Assembly: GCA_965223795.1 (NCBI GenBank)
Contig: CBDCXL010000002.1
Span: forward strand, 480,001 to 544,000
Length of the DNA: 64,000 nucleotides
Reading direction: 5' to 3'
Origin: Nitrospinales bacterium
GTDB taxonomy: Bacteria > Nitrospinota > Nitrospinia > Nitrospinales > VA-1
Shown: positions 21,790 through 31,709 of the stretch, one piece after another
Numbering within the stretch: the stretch's first letter is position 1
Layout of the letters: each line of letters opens with the position of its first letter
Program-made: the position numbers and the translations under genes
The notes under the pieces: model-generated
What the model was told of the DNA's origin: nothing
Database searches by the model: none
What the model saw: only the letters and a program-made list of their open reading frames with translations

Positions 21790-22891
21790 ATGCGCACTTT
21801 TTTGCGACGTCTTGAACGGGGGACCAAGCGGGGCCTGTGGAATCTTCTGGCCCTGCTGTTTTCGGCCCCAAAAATCGAACTGAACCCGCCCCTCGACCCC
21901 GGATCGATCCGCTCCATCCTGGTGGTGCGCCCGGACCGGCTGGGGGATGTGATCCTGTCGACGCCGGTGTACGCATCGCTCAAGGCCGCGTTCCCCACGG
22001 CCGCGCTCACGGTCCTGGTGGACCGCGCCAACGCGGACGTGCTCAGGGACAACCCGTTCATCGACCGGCTGATCGAGTTCGACCGCCGCCGGCCGCACCG
22101 GGTGATCGTGCCGCTGTGGACGACGCCGTTCGACCTGGCGCTGACGCTCAACAAAATGTTCAGCGCCACCGCGTCGTTTCTCACGCTGTGCTCGCGCGCT
22201 AAGCTCAGGATGGGCTACGATTTTCCGCAGAACGCCTGGGTGCACCACGTCCGCGTCCCGCCGCACAGGAAAGTCCAGCACGAGATCGAAAACAACCTCG
22301 ATCTTCTGCGCGAGCTGGGGCTGACCGAACTCTGCACCGGAGCCGCGGATCTTCTTCAACCGCGACGAGGCGGCGAAGATCGAGCCGTTGTTCACTCAAA
22401 ACCGGCATCATCCGGACCGGCCGCTTGTGCTCATCAAGCCGGGAACGCGCATCGCCGAATGGGGCTGGAGTATGGAGAAATTCGCCACGCTCACGGACAC
22501 GCTGATCAAGACGGAAACGGCGGAGGTGTTTTTTATCACGGGCCCCGGAGAGAAAGCGATGGTAGACTCTTTGATGAGACGCATGGACGAAAAACCGTTT
22601 CGTCTGCCGCCGCTTTCGATCAAGGAACTCGCCCTGGCCATCCAGCAGAGCCACCTTCTGGTGTGCAACCACACGGGCATCATGCACCTGGCCTCGGCGG
22701 TGAAAACGCCGGTGCTGGCGATCTTCAAGCACGGCGAGATCGCGCGCTGGGGCCCCACAAACACGCCGCACGTGGTCCTGGAAGAACGCAACGACACCTC
22801 GCTGGAACCGGACACGGTGCGGGAGGGCATCGTGAAACTGCTCCGGCAGACCAGCCGCAAGACGGAACCGCATCCGCAGAACGCGCCGTGA
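21790..22891 (+). pseudogene. GT9 glycosyltransferase interrupted by a frameshift near 22330
   Basis: N-half RPDRLGDVILSTP in one frame; C-half NHTGIMHLASAVKTPV in the +1 frame. Confidence 0.75.
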
Positions 22892-22983
22892 CTGAAAAGT
22901 CCGCGCGCGTCCTCCTGAGAACAACGCCACCGCTGAGGAATCGACTTTATGAATGACAACATTCACAATCCAAGCCGCATCAG

Positions 22984-24453
22984 GTGGGAGCGCCCGGCCT
23001 GATTTTCCACGAACCGCTTTTGTTCGAGATGGGCTCGCCGGGACGCCGGGCTTACTCACTGCCGCCCTGCGACGTTCCGGACGTGGAGATCGAGGCGCTC
23101 TTGCCTCCCGATGAGATCCGCGGTCCGCTGGAAGATTTTCCGGAGCTTTCGGAGCTGGAGGTGGTGCGGCATTTCACGCGGCTGTCGCAGTGGAATTTCA
23201 GCATCGACACGAACTTCTACCCGCTCGGTTCGTGCACGATGAAGTACAACCCGAAAATCAACGACGCGCTGGCGCAGAGTCCGGGCTTCGCCCAGCACCA
23301 CCCGCTGACGCCGGAGCGGCTGTCGCAGGGCAGCCTCATGCTCATGCACGAGCTTCAGGAATGCTTAAAGACGATCAGCGGCATGGACCACGTCAGCCTG
23401 CAGCCGGCCGCCGGGGCGCAGGGGGAGTTCGCCGGGCTATTGATGATCCACGCCTACCACACGGCCAACGGCAACCCGCGCAAGAAGGTGCTGCTGCCGG
23501 ATTCGGCGCACGGCACCAACCCGGCGAGCGCGGCGTTGTGCGGCTACACGGCGATGCAGATTCCCTCGGGCAGGGACGGGCTGATCGACCTCGACCATCT
23601 TAAAAGGCTGATGGACGAGGACACGGCGGCGATCATGCTGACCAACCCCAACACGCTCGGCATGTTCGAGAAAGACATTCTGAAGATCACCGAGATCGTG
23701 CACGGCAAAGGCGGGCTGGTGTACTGCGACGGCGCCAATCTCAACGCGGTGATGGGCAAAACGAAAATGGGCGACATGGGGATCGACGTGCTGCACTTCA
23801 ACCTGCACAAGACGTTCTCGACGCCGCACGGCGGCGGCGGGCCGGGCGCCGGGCCGGTGGGCATCCACGACAAGCTCGAACCGTTTCTGCCCGCGCCGGT
23901 GATCGAAAAACAGGGCTCGCGGTTCGTGCTCGATCACAACCGGCCGCAGAGCATCGGCCGGTTGAAAGCGTTTTACGGCAACTTCGGCATCCTGCTGCGC
24001 GCCTACGCCTACATCCGCAGCCTGGGCGCGGAGGGCGTGCGCGAAGCCAGCGAGGCGGCGGTGCTCAATTCCAACTACATCAAGGCGCGGCTGAAAGACC
24101 TGTACCACCTGCCCTATCCCGACGCCAGCCTGCACGAATGCGTGTTCAACGACAAGAACCAGGCCCCGAAGGTGACGACGATGGACATCGCCAAGGCGCT
24201 CATCGACTACGGCTTTCACCCGCCGACGGTGTACTTCCCGCTGATCGTCAAGGCGGCGCTGATGGTGGAGCCGACCGAGACCGAGTCGAAGGAAACGCTG
24301 GACCGGTTCATCGCCGCCATGCGCGACATCGCCCGGCGCGCGACCGAAGACCCGGACGGCCTGCACGCCACGCCGAGACTGCCGAAGGTCTCGCGGCCGG
24401 ACGAAGCCAAGGCGGCGCGCCATCCGACGCTGCGGTGGAGAAAACAGAACTGA
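22984..24453 (+). CDS. gcvPB: Glycine dehydrogenase subunit 2
   Basis: YPLGSCTMKYNP, SAHGTNPAS, HFNLHKTFSTPHGGGGPG, EPTETE. Confidence 0.96.
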   Translation: MGAPGLIFHEPLLFEMGSPGRRAYSLPPCDVPDVEIEALLPPDEIRGPLEDFPELSELEVVRHFTRLSQWNFSIDTNFYPLGSCTMKYNPKINDALAQSPGFAQHHPLTPERLSQGSLMLMHELQECLKTISGMDHVSLQPAAGAQGEFAGLLMIHAYHTANGNPRKKVLLPDSAHGTNPASAALCGYTAMQIPSGRDGLIDLDHLKRLMDEDTAAIMLTNPNTLGMFEKDILKITEIVHGKGGLVYCDGANLNAVMGKTKMGDMGIDVLHFNLHKTFSTPHGGGGPGAGPVGIHDKLEPFLPAPVIEKQGSRFVLDHNRPQSIGRLKAFYGNFGILLRAYAYIRSLGAEGVREASEAAVLNSNYIKARLKDLYHLPYPDASLHECVFNDKNQAPKVTTMDIAKALIDYGFHPPTVYFPLIVKAALMVEPTETESKETLDRFIAAMRDIARRATEDPDGLHATPRLPKVSRPDEAKAARHPTLRWRKQN

Positions 24454-24458
24454 TTCAG

Positions 24459-24685
24459 ACAGGATGAACGGGATAAAAACAGAGAAAAACAAAAGGAAAA
24501 AACTGCCTCGAGCAAAGCCGCAAAGAAAACCAGGAAAACGAGAAGGGTTTCTTTAAATATCCCTCTCCCCTGGAGGGAGGCCAAGCATAGCTTGGCACTC
24601 GCTCGTTAATAGTGGTGGCTTGAGGGAGGGGTGAGGGGGATTCAATAATCTGTCACCCCGAGTTCTCCTGAGCCTGTCGAAGGGC
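24459..24685 (+). repeat. Composite repeat cluster A
   Basis: ACAGGATGA (24459), GCCTCGAGCAAAGCCGCAAAG (24505), TATCCCTCTCCCCTGGAGGGAG (24558-24579), GTGAGGGGGAT (24631), CCTGAGCCTGTCGAAGGGC (24667). Confidence 0.8.
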
Positions 24686-24787
24686 AAAGGTTTTAGTGAG
24701 CTTTCAAACAGGGGATTGTATGACTCGGATTTTCTCTTCTCCCCCTAAAAGAGTGTCGGTGATTCTGTTTGAAAGAGGTTGAATGTG

Positions 24788-25573
24788 ATGTGGGGCTGGT
24801 TTCGTGATTTTAAACGGAAAAAAATCCTGTCCACTCCTTTCCCCGGCGAGTGGGAGAGGCTCATTCAAAGCAACCTTCATCATTATCGGCACCTCAACCG
24901 GGAAGAAAAAAAGCGGCTGCAGGACCTCATCCGCATCTTCGTTGCCGAAATGCACTGGGAGGGGTGCAACGGTCTTAAACTGACGGATGAAATCCGCGTC
25001 ACCATCGCCGCCCACGCCTGCCTGCTGATCCTCGCGCTGCCCGACGATTCGTACCGCAATGTGGAAACCCTATACGTCTACCCCACCACCGTCTACACCC
25101 CTGAGCGTAAAACCGGTTTTTTTGACGTTCGCACCACCCCGGTGGAGGGCCCGATGCCGATCGATGGCGAAGCCCACCATCAAGGCCCGGTGATCCTCGT
25201 CTGGGATGCGGTGAAACACGAAGCCCGGCACCCGGAACACGGTCACAATGTGGTCTATCACGAGTTCGCGCACAAGCTGGACATGCTCGACGGCAGCGCG
25301 GACGGCACGCCGCCGCTGGCCACGACCGAAGATTATGAGCGGTGGCGCGAAGTCTGTTCCGAGGAGTATCTGGAACTGTGCGACCAGGTGGACTACGGCG
25401 AGCCCACATTTTTAGACAGCTACGCGGCAACCGATGAAACCGAATTTTTCGCGGTGGCGACCGAATATTTTTTCAGCAATCCTCAAGACATGAAACTGCA
25501 TCAACCGAAACTGTATAAGGTGCTGCAGGATTTTTACCGGCAGGATCCGGCAAATAGGGTCGTCCGCTACTGA
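24788..25573 (+). CDS. MtfA-like M90 family zinc peptidase
   Basis: NVVYHEFAHKLDM..G..DG.P; YAAT...EFFAVATEYFF. Confidence 0.9.
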   Translation: MWGWFRDFKRKKILSTPFPGEWERLIQSNLHHYRHLNREEKKRLQDLIRIFVAEMHWEGCNGLKLTDEIRVTIAAHACLLILALPDDSYRNVETLYVYPTTVYTPERKTGFFDVRTTPVEGPMPIDGEAHHQGPVILVWDAVKHEARHPEHGHNVVYHEFAHKLDMLDGSADGTPPLATTEDYERWREVCSEEYLELCDQVDYGEPTFLDSYAATDETEFFAVATEYFFSNPQDMKLHQPKLYKVLQDFYRQDPANRVVRY

Positions 25574-25646
25574 GAGACCTATGCATAAGTCGATCCTGTC
25601 ATGTTGTGCCTATTGAAAAATTCTTGTGAAAATCAAGGCTTTTAAA

Positions 25647-27272
25647 ATGATCCTAAAATTTTCGAGAATTGTAAAAACCAGCAGAAAACTTATTTTTGAA
25701 AACATCATGGATTTGGATCATGTATGCCATTTACACGCAAGATGGTTTTCAAATTTGCGTGTCATTATTCAGAGATCTGATTACGTAGAATATCGTCTCA
25801 CCAGTTCTTTTTTTGGCTTAAAACAAGAAGTCTTAGCCAAAGGAGGGCCTATTGACGAAAACCGATATTGGTATGAATTTAACGGCCGCATAACCCAGGT
25901 TCGAGTGGACGGGTATATGGAGGGTCCCGACGGAGAATTACTGCAAACAGAGACTATCACATACAAATACAAATGGTTTTTTGCTCCATTTTTTTGGATC
26001 TTAAAACCATGTTTCAACATACAAAAAAATGATATTTTCGAAGCCGATTCTGCAGCTCTAGAACGTATGTATAAACTTGAACAAGAAGGATTTCAACGGA
26101 ATGAAATTAGCAGATCTCGCATTGTCGTGTATGGAGGTTCGGGGTTTTTTGGAAGGCTGGTTGTACAAGATCTTTTGGAACATTCAAAAGCAGAAATTAT
26201 AATCGCCTCAAGAAATCCAACTTCAATTAGTTTTAACGCAAAAGATCCCACACGAATAAAATATTTCATTTCCAATATAGAAGATCTAGATTCAATCAAA
26301 AGGACAATCCACGGAGCTCAAGTTGTTGTGTGTTGCGTCGGTCCTTTTCAAGGAATGTCTTTAAACTTATTTAATGCTTGTATCGAAAAAAATATCCACT
26401 ATGTCGACGTTGCCGACGACCGTGATTTTTTATTAAGCACCTACAACCTTGCAGATAAAGTAAACAAATCTGGCATTAAGGCTTTTATCGGCTGTTCAGT
26501 AATTCCTGGCATTTCGACCTTACTGGCCTCCTATTCAACCCAAGGAATAAAATAAATTGACAACATTAAAATATGCATAACGCCAGGAACCAGATATGCC
26601 AGGGGTCCGGGCTCTTTCGAATGCCTCTTATCCACCCTAGGCAACCCTATTAAAATACCTTTCAATGGAAGTACAAAAACTGTGCTTGGATGGACCGGCA
26701 AAGAAACGGTTCTTTTCCCTGAACCTATAAATAAACGTCAAGTATATTTCGTAGTCGACACCCCTGATTATTATTTACAGCCTCTTTATTTTGGAGCGCA
26801 GACAGTTCAATTTAAAATAGGTGCAGAATTTGTGTTTTTGAATAAAAGTCTTGCGCTGATGAATGCATTAAAAAAATCCTTAAGATTAAAGAGCTTAAAA
26901 AGCATGATTCCACTTTTTAGAAAAGTCATAGGTTTCGCAGGATTGTTCGGCACTACCCAAGGGGGAATGCTTGTAGAGATCCAAAATCATAGGGAACCTG
27001 ATAAAAAAATAGGTTATTCGGTTGCAACTGATAAAAACGGCGAAAAGATACCTGCGATTTTACCTTCGCTTGCGGTCTTAAGAATTTTAAACAACCAAGT
27101 AACTGAGACAGGAATCGTTAATTTGTCGAACTGGATAGAGCAAGACGAGTTTATTCGAGAATTCAAAAAAAGAGGCATTCAAGTGTTTGAATACTCTAGC
27201 GATGGATTATGGAAAGAAAAAGTCATTACAGTGGAGACGAACCAGAACCAATCCAACACGATCAAGACATGA
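25647..27272 (+). pseudogene. Low-GC START/SRPBCC-like plus saccharopine-dehydrogenase-like fusion with an internal TAA
   Basis: ENIMDLDHVCHLH; GGSGFFG Rossmann motif; TAA at 26553-26555, and the same frame then stays open to 27272. Confidence 0.75.
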
Positions 27273-27321
27273 TACCAAGCGGCGACCAAGTCAATCAAAG
27301 CGTCTAAATAAAGGAGACTAT

Positions 27322-27624
27322 ATGGCTGAATATAAAATCGGAAAAACTTCCGAAATAGCCAAAGGTAGTGGCAAAACCTTTGAAGTGGAAGGAAAAAGTA
27401 TCGCCGTGTTCAATGTGGGCGGCAACTTTGTAGGCATCGATAACACTTGCAAACATCGCGGCGGATCACTTGGGGATGGTACCCTTTCAGGGGATACCGT
27501 CACATGCCTCCTCCACGGTTGGCAATACAGTGTTATTAATGGCGAATGCCTCACCAACTCGGCGGTAAAACTGGATTGCTATCCCGTCAAAGTACACGGT
27601 GAAGATATTGCGATCGAAGTTTAA
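27322..27624 (+). CDS. Rieske [2Fe-2S] ferredoxin
   Basis: CKH...CLLHGW; SD AAGGAG before ATG 27322. Confidence 0.9.
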   Translation: MAEYKIGKTSEIAKGSGKTFEVEGKSIAVFNVGGNFVGIDNTCKHRGGSLGDGTLSGDTVTCLLHGWQYSVINGECLTNSAVKLDCYPVKVHGEDIAIEV

Positions 27625-27697
27625 GAATTTTTCCTTGGTTCCCCACTCTGCACTTCATGGCAGCAGTGGTGCGCGGCCCGGTGCGTTGGGTTGCCGC

Positions 27698-28213
27698 CTA
27701 TCGGGGAGGATAGGGTTCCTTGTGGGGTTGGGGCGTGCCGTTGGTTTTGTTGACGGAGCGCAGACCTTCCGCCGCCGCCTTCATGAGCGGCACGATCAGG
27801 GAGGGTTTGAAGTTGTCGAGCGGGTTGTGCAGGAAGTTCTGCACTTCTTTGCGCACCTGTGTGAGTTCCGATTCGATTACGGACGCTTCGTTTTCCAGCT
27901 CGGTGATCACCCTGTCGCGGACGCTGCGGATTTCCTCGATCCGGACTTCGCCTTCTGAGCGTTGCGCCAGAAAAACCAGAACCCCGGCGATCGAGAAATC
28001 CAGCGCGGCCACCGCGAACCCCGCACCGGCAGAGCCCCAGTACGGCTGCAGAAAAAAGAAGATCGCCACGTTCAGCATCGCCAGCCCGAAAACGGCGATC
28101 ACGCCCGCCAGGCTCACCAAGCCGGTCTTGCGGCTCATTTGCTTGAGTTGCGCCTCGAGCAGCAGTTTTTCGGAGCGCCCTGCCAGGCGCGCCAGGCTGA
28201 ACAGCCGTTTCAT
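27698..28213 (-). CDS. YqjE/'phage holin family'-like membrane protein
   Basis: Two TM flanked by helical regions; follows a DUF883-like gene. Confidence 0.6.
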   Translation of the reverse strand: MKRLFSLARLAGRSEKLLLEAQLKQMSRKTGLVSLAGVIAVFGLAMLNVAIFFFLQPYWGSAGAGFAVAALDFSIAGVLVFLAQRSEGEVRIEEIRSVRDRVITELENEASVIESELTQVRKEVQNFLHNPLDNFKPSLIVPLMKAAAEGLRSVNKTNGTPQPHKEPYPPR

Positions 28214-28223
28214 GCGACGCCTC

Positions 28224-28526
28224 CTAACGGCGCAGGATGCACCCGATCACCACACCCGCGGCGAAAGAACCCAAAAGCGCCAGCGCCGGCCGGTCGCGCG
28301 TGACTTTTTCCACCTCGCCCGCAAGATCCTTGGCCACCTTTCCGGCTTCCTTCACAGCGGTGTTGTCCAGAATCGCATCTTTTATGGATTCGCCGTCCAG
28401 GTTGTTCTTTAAAAAATCCTCCGCTTTTTTAGCCGCGGTCATCACTTTTTCCTGCTCCGTGTGCAGCGCTTCCAGCGCTTTTCTGAGAGCATCGACTTCA
28501 TCACTTGCATTCTTTGCCTTGGCCAT
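28224..28526 (-). CDS. ElaB/YqjD (DUF883)-like tail-anchored protein
   Basis: Helical body, C-terminal RPALALLGSFAAGVVIGCILRR. Confidence 0.7.
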   Translation of the reverse strand: MAKAKNASDEVDALRKALEALHTEQEKVMTAAKKAEDFLKNNLDGESIKDAILDNTAVKEAGKVAKDLAGEVEKVTRDRPALALLGSFAAGVVIGCILRR

Positions 28527-28541
28527 GTTTCGCTCCTTGTA

Positions 28542-28799
28542 TCAATCCTTGTCCAGTGCTTTTTTGATGCGCAGAAAGCCTTCCTTGAGTTCGGAACCCA
28601 GATCCCCCACCGCATCCTTGATCCGGTCCATCGAATCGTCTAGGTCCGCCCGGTGGGAAAAGTCCTGCCACTTGCCTTCCAGTTCCTTCCATTCGTCCTG
28701 CAATTCTTTGCTGCCCAGATGAATTTTCAGCGCAATTTCGTCCCTCTTCTGCTTCAGGTCGTTCAGGATATCGTCGCAATCGGACATTCCACTCTCCAT
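28542..28799 (-). CDS. Small coiled-coil hypothetical protein
   Basis: LKQKRDEIALKIHLGSKELQDEWKELEGKW; operon-like spacing. Confidence 0.75.
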   Translation of the reverse strand: MESGMSDCDDILNDLKQKRDEIALKIHLGSKELQDEWKELEGKWQDFSHRADLDDSMDRIKDAVGDLGSELKEGFLRIKKALDKD

Positions 28800-29320
28800 T
28801 GTTTATTTATTTTTGATCATCATGGATTGTCAACTGCCAGTGATCTCAACCAGCCTTTGGGAGTTCTCCAGCATAGAAAATCCGAACGCCCATCGACCCT
28901 TCTGGAGGACAAATCCTTCTGAACCCCGTGGTCCTCATTAAGCCGTTGGCAAATGTCCATGATGGATGTCTCTCAATTATATTGAAAATGGATGCCGTGT
29001 GAAGAAAATCTCTGGTTGTTTCGATGATTTACTGAAGAGCAAGTCTTATGCCGATCGAACGGCGGAGCCGCATCGTCTATGCATTGAGAATATACATTTG
29101 TTTTTAAAGGGAAAATGGACGGGACCGCGATCTCGCACTAAAAAATGCGGACCGCCCCGGGTGCGAAACCAGCCGGTTGGCCGGGTGATAACCACCGCTA
29201 AAATCAGGAGCCGGTGGATATCCCCCTTGGTGTTTTATGGGGACACCGGGGATCGGAAGTGGAATCTTCGGGCAGGGAAAATCGTAAGAAAAGGTATCGC
29301 TGTGGGCGTGGTGCGGGAAT

Positions 29321-29650
29321 TCACTTCGCTGGCAGCGTTTTTGCGAATGTGAGGGCGCGTTCGATCCAGGTTTTGAGCTGCGCGTCGGATTTCCAGCCCG
29401 CGGGTTCGACGTACACCATGCTCTTGAGCGGTTTGCCGGTGAAGTCCATGTCGCGGGTGTGCGGCTCGGCGAGCGCGGCTTTCGTCCCCGCTTCACCCAG
29501 CCGCAGCACGAGGTCGGTTTTCATCACGCCGCAGACCATGTTGCCGTTCAGCATGAAGGCGAGGCCGCCGAACATCCTGCGCTCGGTGATTCCCTTGCGC
29601 CGCTTCAACACGCCGCGCACGCGCTCCGCTGTCGCTTCGTCGTAGGCCAT
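29321..29650 (-). CDS. TfoX/Sxy N-terminal domain protein
   Basis: MAYDE..AERVR, RMFGGLAFMLNGNM, DFTGKP. Confidence 0.88.
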   Translation of the reverse strand: MAYDEATAERVRGVLKRRKGITERRMFGGLAFMLNGNMVCGVMKTDLVLRLGEAGTKAALAEPHTRDMDFTGKPLKSMVYVEPAGWKSDAQLKTWIERALTFAKTLPAK

Positions 29651-29769
29651 CGTCCCTCTCGCATAGTTGTCATCCGGCTTGCGCCGCGCCGCGGCTGAGG
29701 ATCCAGCCGAACGCGGCTCCCGCAACACATTCTGTATCAGGATGCCATCCTTTCTCTATGAAAAAATAC

Positions 29770-30213
29770 TCAATCCTCGGAGTCGAAACAAAGGCCGTCG
29801 GGCTTGCGTCCTTCGCACGCGTCCTTGAGGCGCGGAAACGCGAACTCCACCCAGCCGGTGCCGAACGCATCGGCGGAGGATTTCTTGACGATGTTGTGGT
29901 GGCGCAGCTTGAGCCGCGTCCCCTGCCCTTCCGCCGCAAGCGTGATCTCGACGGTCGAGCTTCCGGCTGGAATGTCCTCGATGCCGCCCCAGGTGAACAC
30001 CACCTTTTCGTGCGGCACCACCTCGACGTATTCGCCGCGGCAGTGCATGCCCCGATGCGAGCCCACATGAAAGACCCCGCCGGGCCGCGCGGCGGCCTCC
30101 ACGATCTCGCCGAACCACTCCTTCATTTTGGTTTCTTCGGTCAGATAGGCGAACACGGTTTCCGGCCGCGCCTCGATGACGATCTCGCGTGTGATTTCAT
30201 ACGTCTCGCTCAT
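29770..30213 (-). CDS. SRPBCC/AHSA1 domain protein
   Basis: ARPETVFAYLT, GEYVEVVP..KVVFTW, GTRLKLRH. Confidence 0.88.
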   Translation of the reverse strand: MSETYEITREIVIEARPETVFAYLTEETKMKEWFGEIVEAAARPGGVFHVGSHRGMHCRGEYVEVVPHEKVVFTWGGIEDIPAGSSTVEITLAAEGQGTRLKLRHHNIVKKSSADAFGTGWVEFAFPRLKDACEGRKPDGLCFDSED

Positions 30214-30530
30214 GATTTTCTCCTGCTTTTTTTCTCGTTTTTTTCGACGGCGGATTTCAGTTTCTCCAGGCGCTCATCCCAGAAGCCTTCCAGAAACGCC
30301 TTCAGTTGCGCGAATCCCTCGGGCCGCACACGATACAGCCGGCGCGTGCCCTGCCGGCGTTCGGCAAGCAGGCCCGCCCGCTTCAGCACGCTCAGATGCT
30401 GGGAGACCGCCGGACGGGTGATTCCCGTGAACTTCCGGGCGATGTCGCCCGCGGACATCTCCCGGCGGCGCACCAGGCGCAGAATTTCGAACCGTGTGGG
30501 GTCCGCCATCGCTTGTATGGTTTCGAACAT
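30210..30530 (-). CDS. ArsR/SmtB family transcriptional regulator
   Basis: ADPTRFEIL, AVSQHLSVLKRAGL, R.GTRRLY. Confidence 0.92.
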   Translation of the reverse strand: MFETIQAMADPTRFEILRLVRRREMSAGDIARKFTGITRPAVSQHLSVLKRAGLLAERRQGTRRLYRVRPEGFAQLKAFLEGFWDERLEKLKSAVEKNEKKSRRKS

Positions 30531-30536
30531 GGCATT

Positions 30537-30565
30537 ATGTTAGTTTAATCTTACGTTAGTGTCAA
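30537..30565 (-). promoter_or_regulatory. Sigma-70 promoter for a probably leaderless ArsR transcript
   Basis: TTGACA-17 bp-TAACAT, then 6 nt to the ATG. Confidence 0.65.
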
Positions 30566-30636
30566 CTAAAATTTATAGGACCGGCCTTTTTAAGCGACAA
30601 TGAGGACCTTGAACCCTTGAAAAGAAAGGACGGACG

Positions 30637-31005
30637 ATGATCGACCACATTGTAATTGGTGTGAAAAATTACGAAACCAGCCGCGAGTTTTACCGCGATG
30701 TTCTGGCCCCATTGGGCTATGAACTGCTGATGGAAATCGAAGGTTTCGCCGGGTTCGGCCCGAAGGATTTCAAGCCTGGGTTCTGGATGACCGATCAGCG
30801 CGAACGTTCGCCGCAGGTGCATTTCTGCTTCCAGTCGCCGACGCGCGCCGGGGTGCGGAATTTCCACAAGGCGGCGCTGGCGGCGGGTGGCAAGGAGGAA
30901 ACGCCCCCCGGAATCGTTGAGGAATACCATCCCTCCTACTACGCGGCGTTCGTGTTCGACCCGGACGGCTACAAGATCGAAGCGGTGTGTCTGGAAGCGG
31001 AATGA
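30637..31005 (+). CDS. VOC/glyoxalase family protein
   Basis: MIDHI, FY..VLAPLG, YYAAFVFDPDG.KIEAV. Confidence 0.92.
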   Translation: MIDHIVIGVKNYETSREFYRDVLAPLGYELLMEIEGFAGFGPKDFKPGFWMTDQRERSPQVHFCFQSPTRAGVRNFHKAALAAGGKEETPPGIVEEYHPSYYAAFVFDPDGYKIEAVCLEAE

Positions 31006-31012
31006 GGCGGGG

Positions 31013-31585
31013 TCATTTCCCGTAGCCCGAAACGACGCACTCTTTGTTGTCCAGGCTTTCCTGGAGGGCGTTTCTCACTTCCTTGCCGTCGATGAAATGC
31101 CGGGTTTTCGTCACCGGCTTGCCGTCGACAAACTCGGTCTTGGATTTGATGCGGGCGTTTTTGAAGCGGGTGCTGATTCTGTAATAATCGGCGATGTCTT
31201 TCAGCTTTTCCGGCGGGTAATGGCACTCCATCTTCCCTTTCATGGGCATGGTCTCCACGTAGTGGCATTTCCCTTCTTTCATGCCGGTGACGCGCCGCTG
31301 CTGTTTCTGCCCGGTGAACGCGTGGATGAACTCCTGCTCGAATTTCGTGCAGTCCTCAAGATGCGCCGCGAGCGCCTGCATCTCCTTCGCCTCGCATTGC
31401 TCGCTTTCGCTTTCCAATGTTTCGGGTGTCAGCGTTTTCGCCAGTTCCTTGCAGGCCGGAGCCAGCGGGTGCTGTTCGCTGCGCACGCCAAGGCAGTCGC
31501 ACACGGTGACGTTCTTGTTATCAGCGGCCGCCATTTCGGGCCGGAATGCAAGGCACAGCAGGACAAAAAGCAGAAATCGTTTCAT
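31013..31585 (-). CDS. Secreted Cys-rich hypothetical protein
   Basis: Signal peptide, multiple Cys, no CxxCH. Confidence 0.75.
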   Translation of the reverse strand: MKRFLLFVLLCLAFRPEMAAADNKNVTVCDCLGVRSEQHPLAPACKELAKTLTPETLESESEQCEAKEMQALAAHLEDCTKFEQEFIHAFTGQKQQRRVTGMKEGKCHYVETMPMKGKMECHYPPEKLKDIADYYRISTRFKNARIKSKTEFVDGKPVTKTRHFIDGKEVRNALQESLDNKECVVSGYGK

Positions 31586-31709
31586 GAGCGGTTTCCTTCA
31601 TTAAATATCTTTCCGGGAAGCCGCTATCATGCAACGGAGATCGGCCGGGAGCAACTTAAATTGCGATATGGGCTTGAATTCAACGGGTTTTGACGGCAGG
31701 AAACGGCGT

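Noticed and set aside
22934..22986. Possible frameshift at the gcvPB 5' end (SD-like GAGGA precedes out-of-frame ATGs at 22949 and 22953)
   Set aside because: The GTG start at 22984 already gives a full-length protein; cannot be supported without alignments
27698..28213. 'Holin-like' gene as evidence of a prophage
   Set aside because: The context is an ElaB/YqjE-type stress cluster; there are no phage structural or lysis genes
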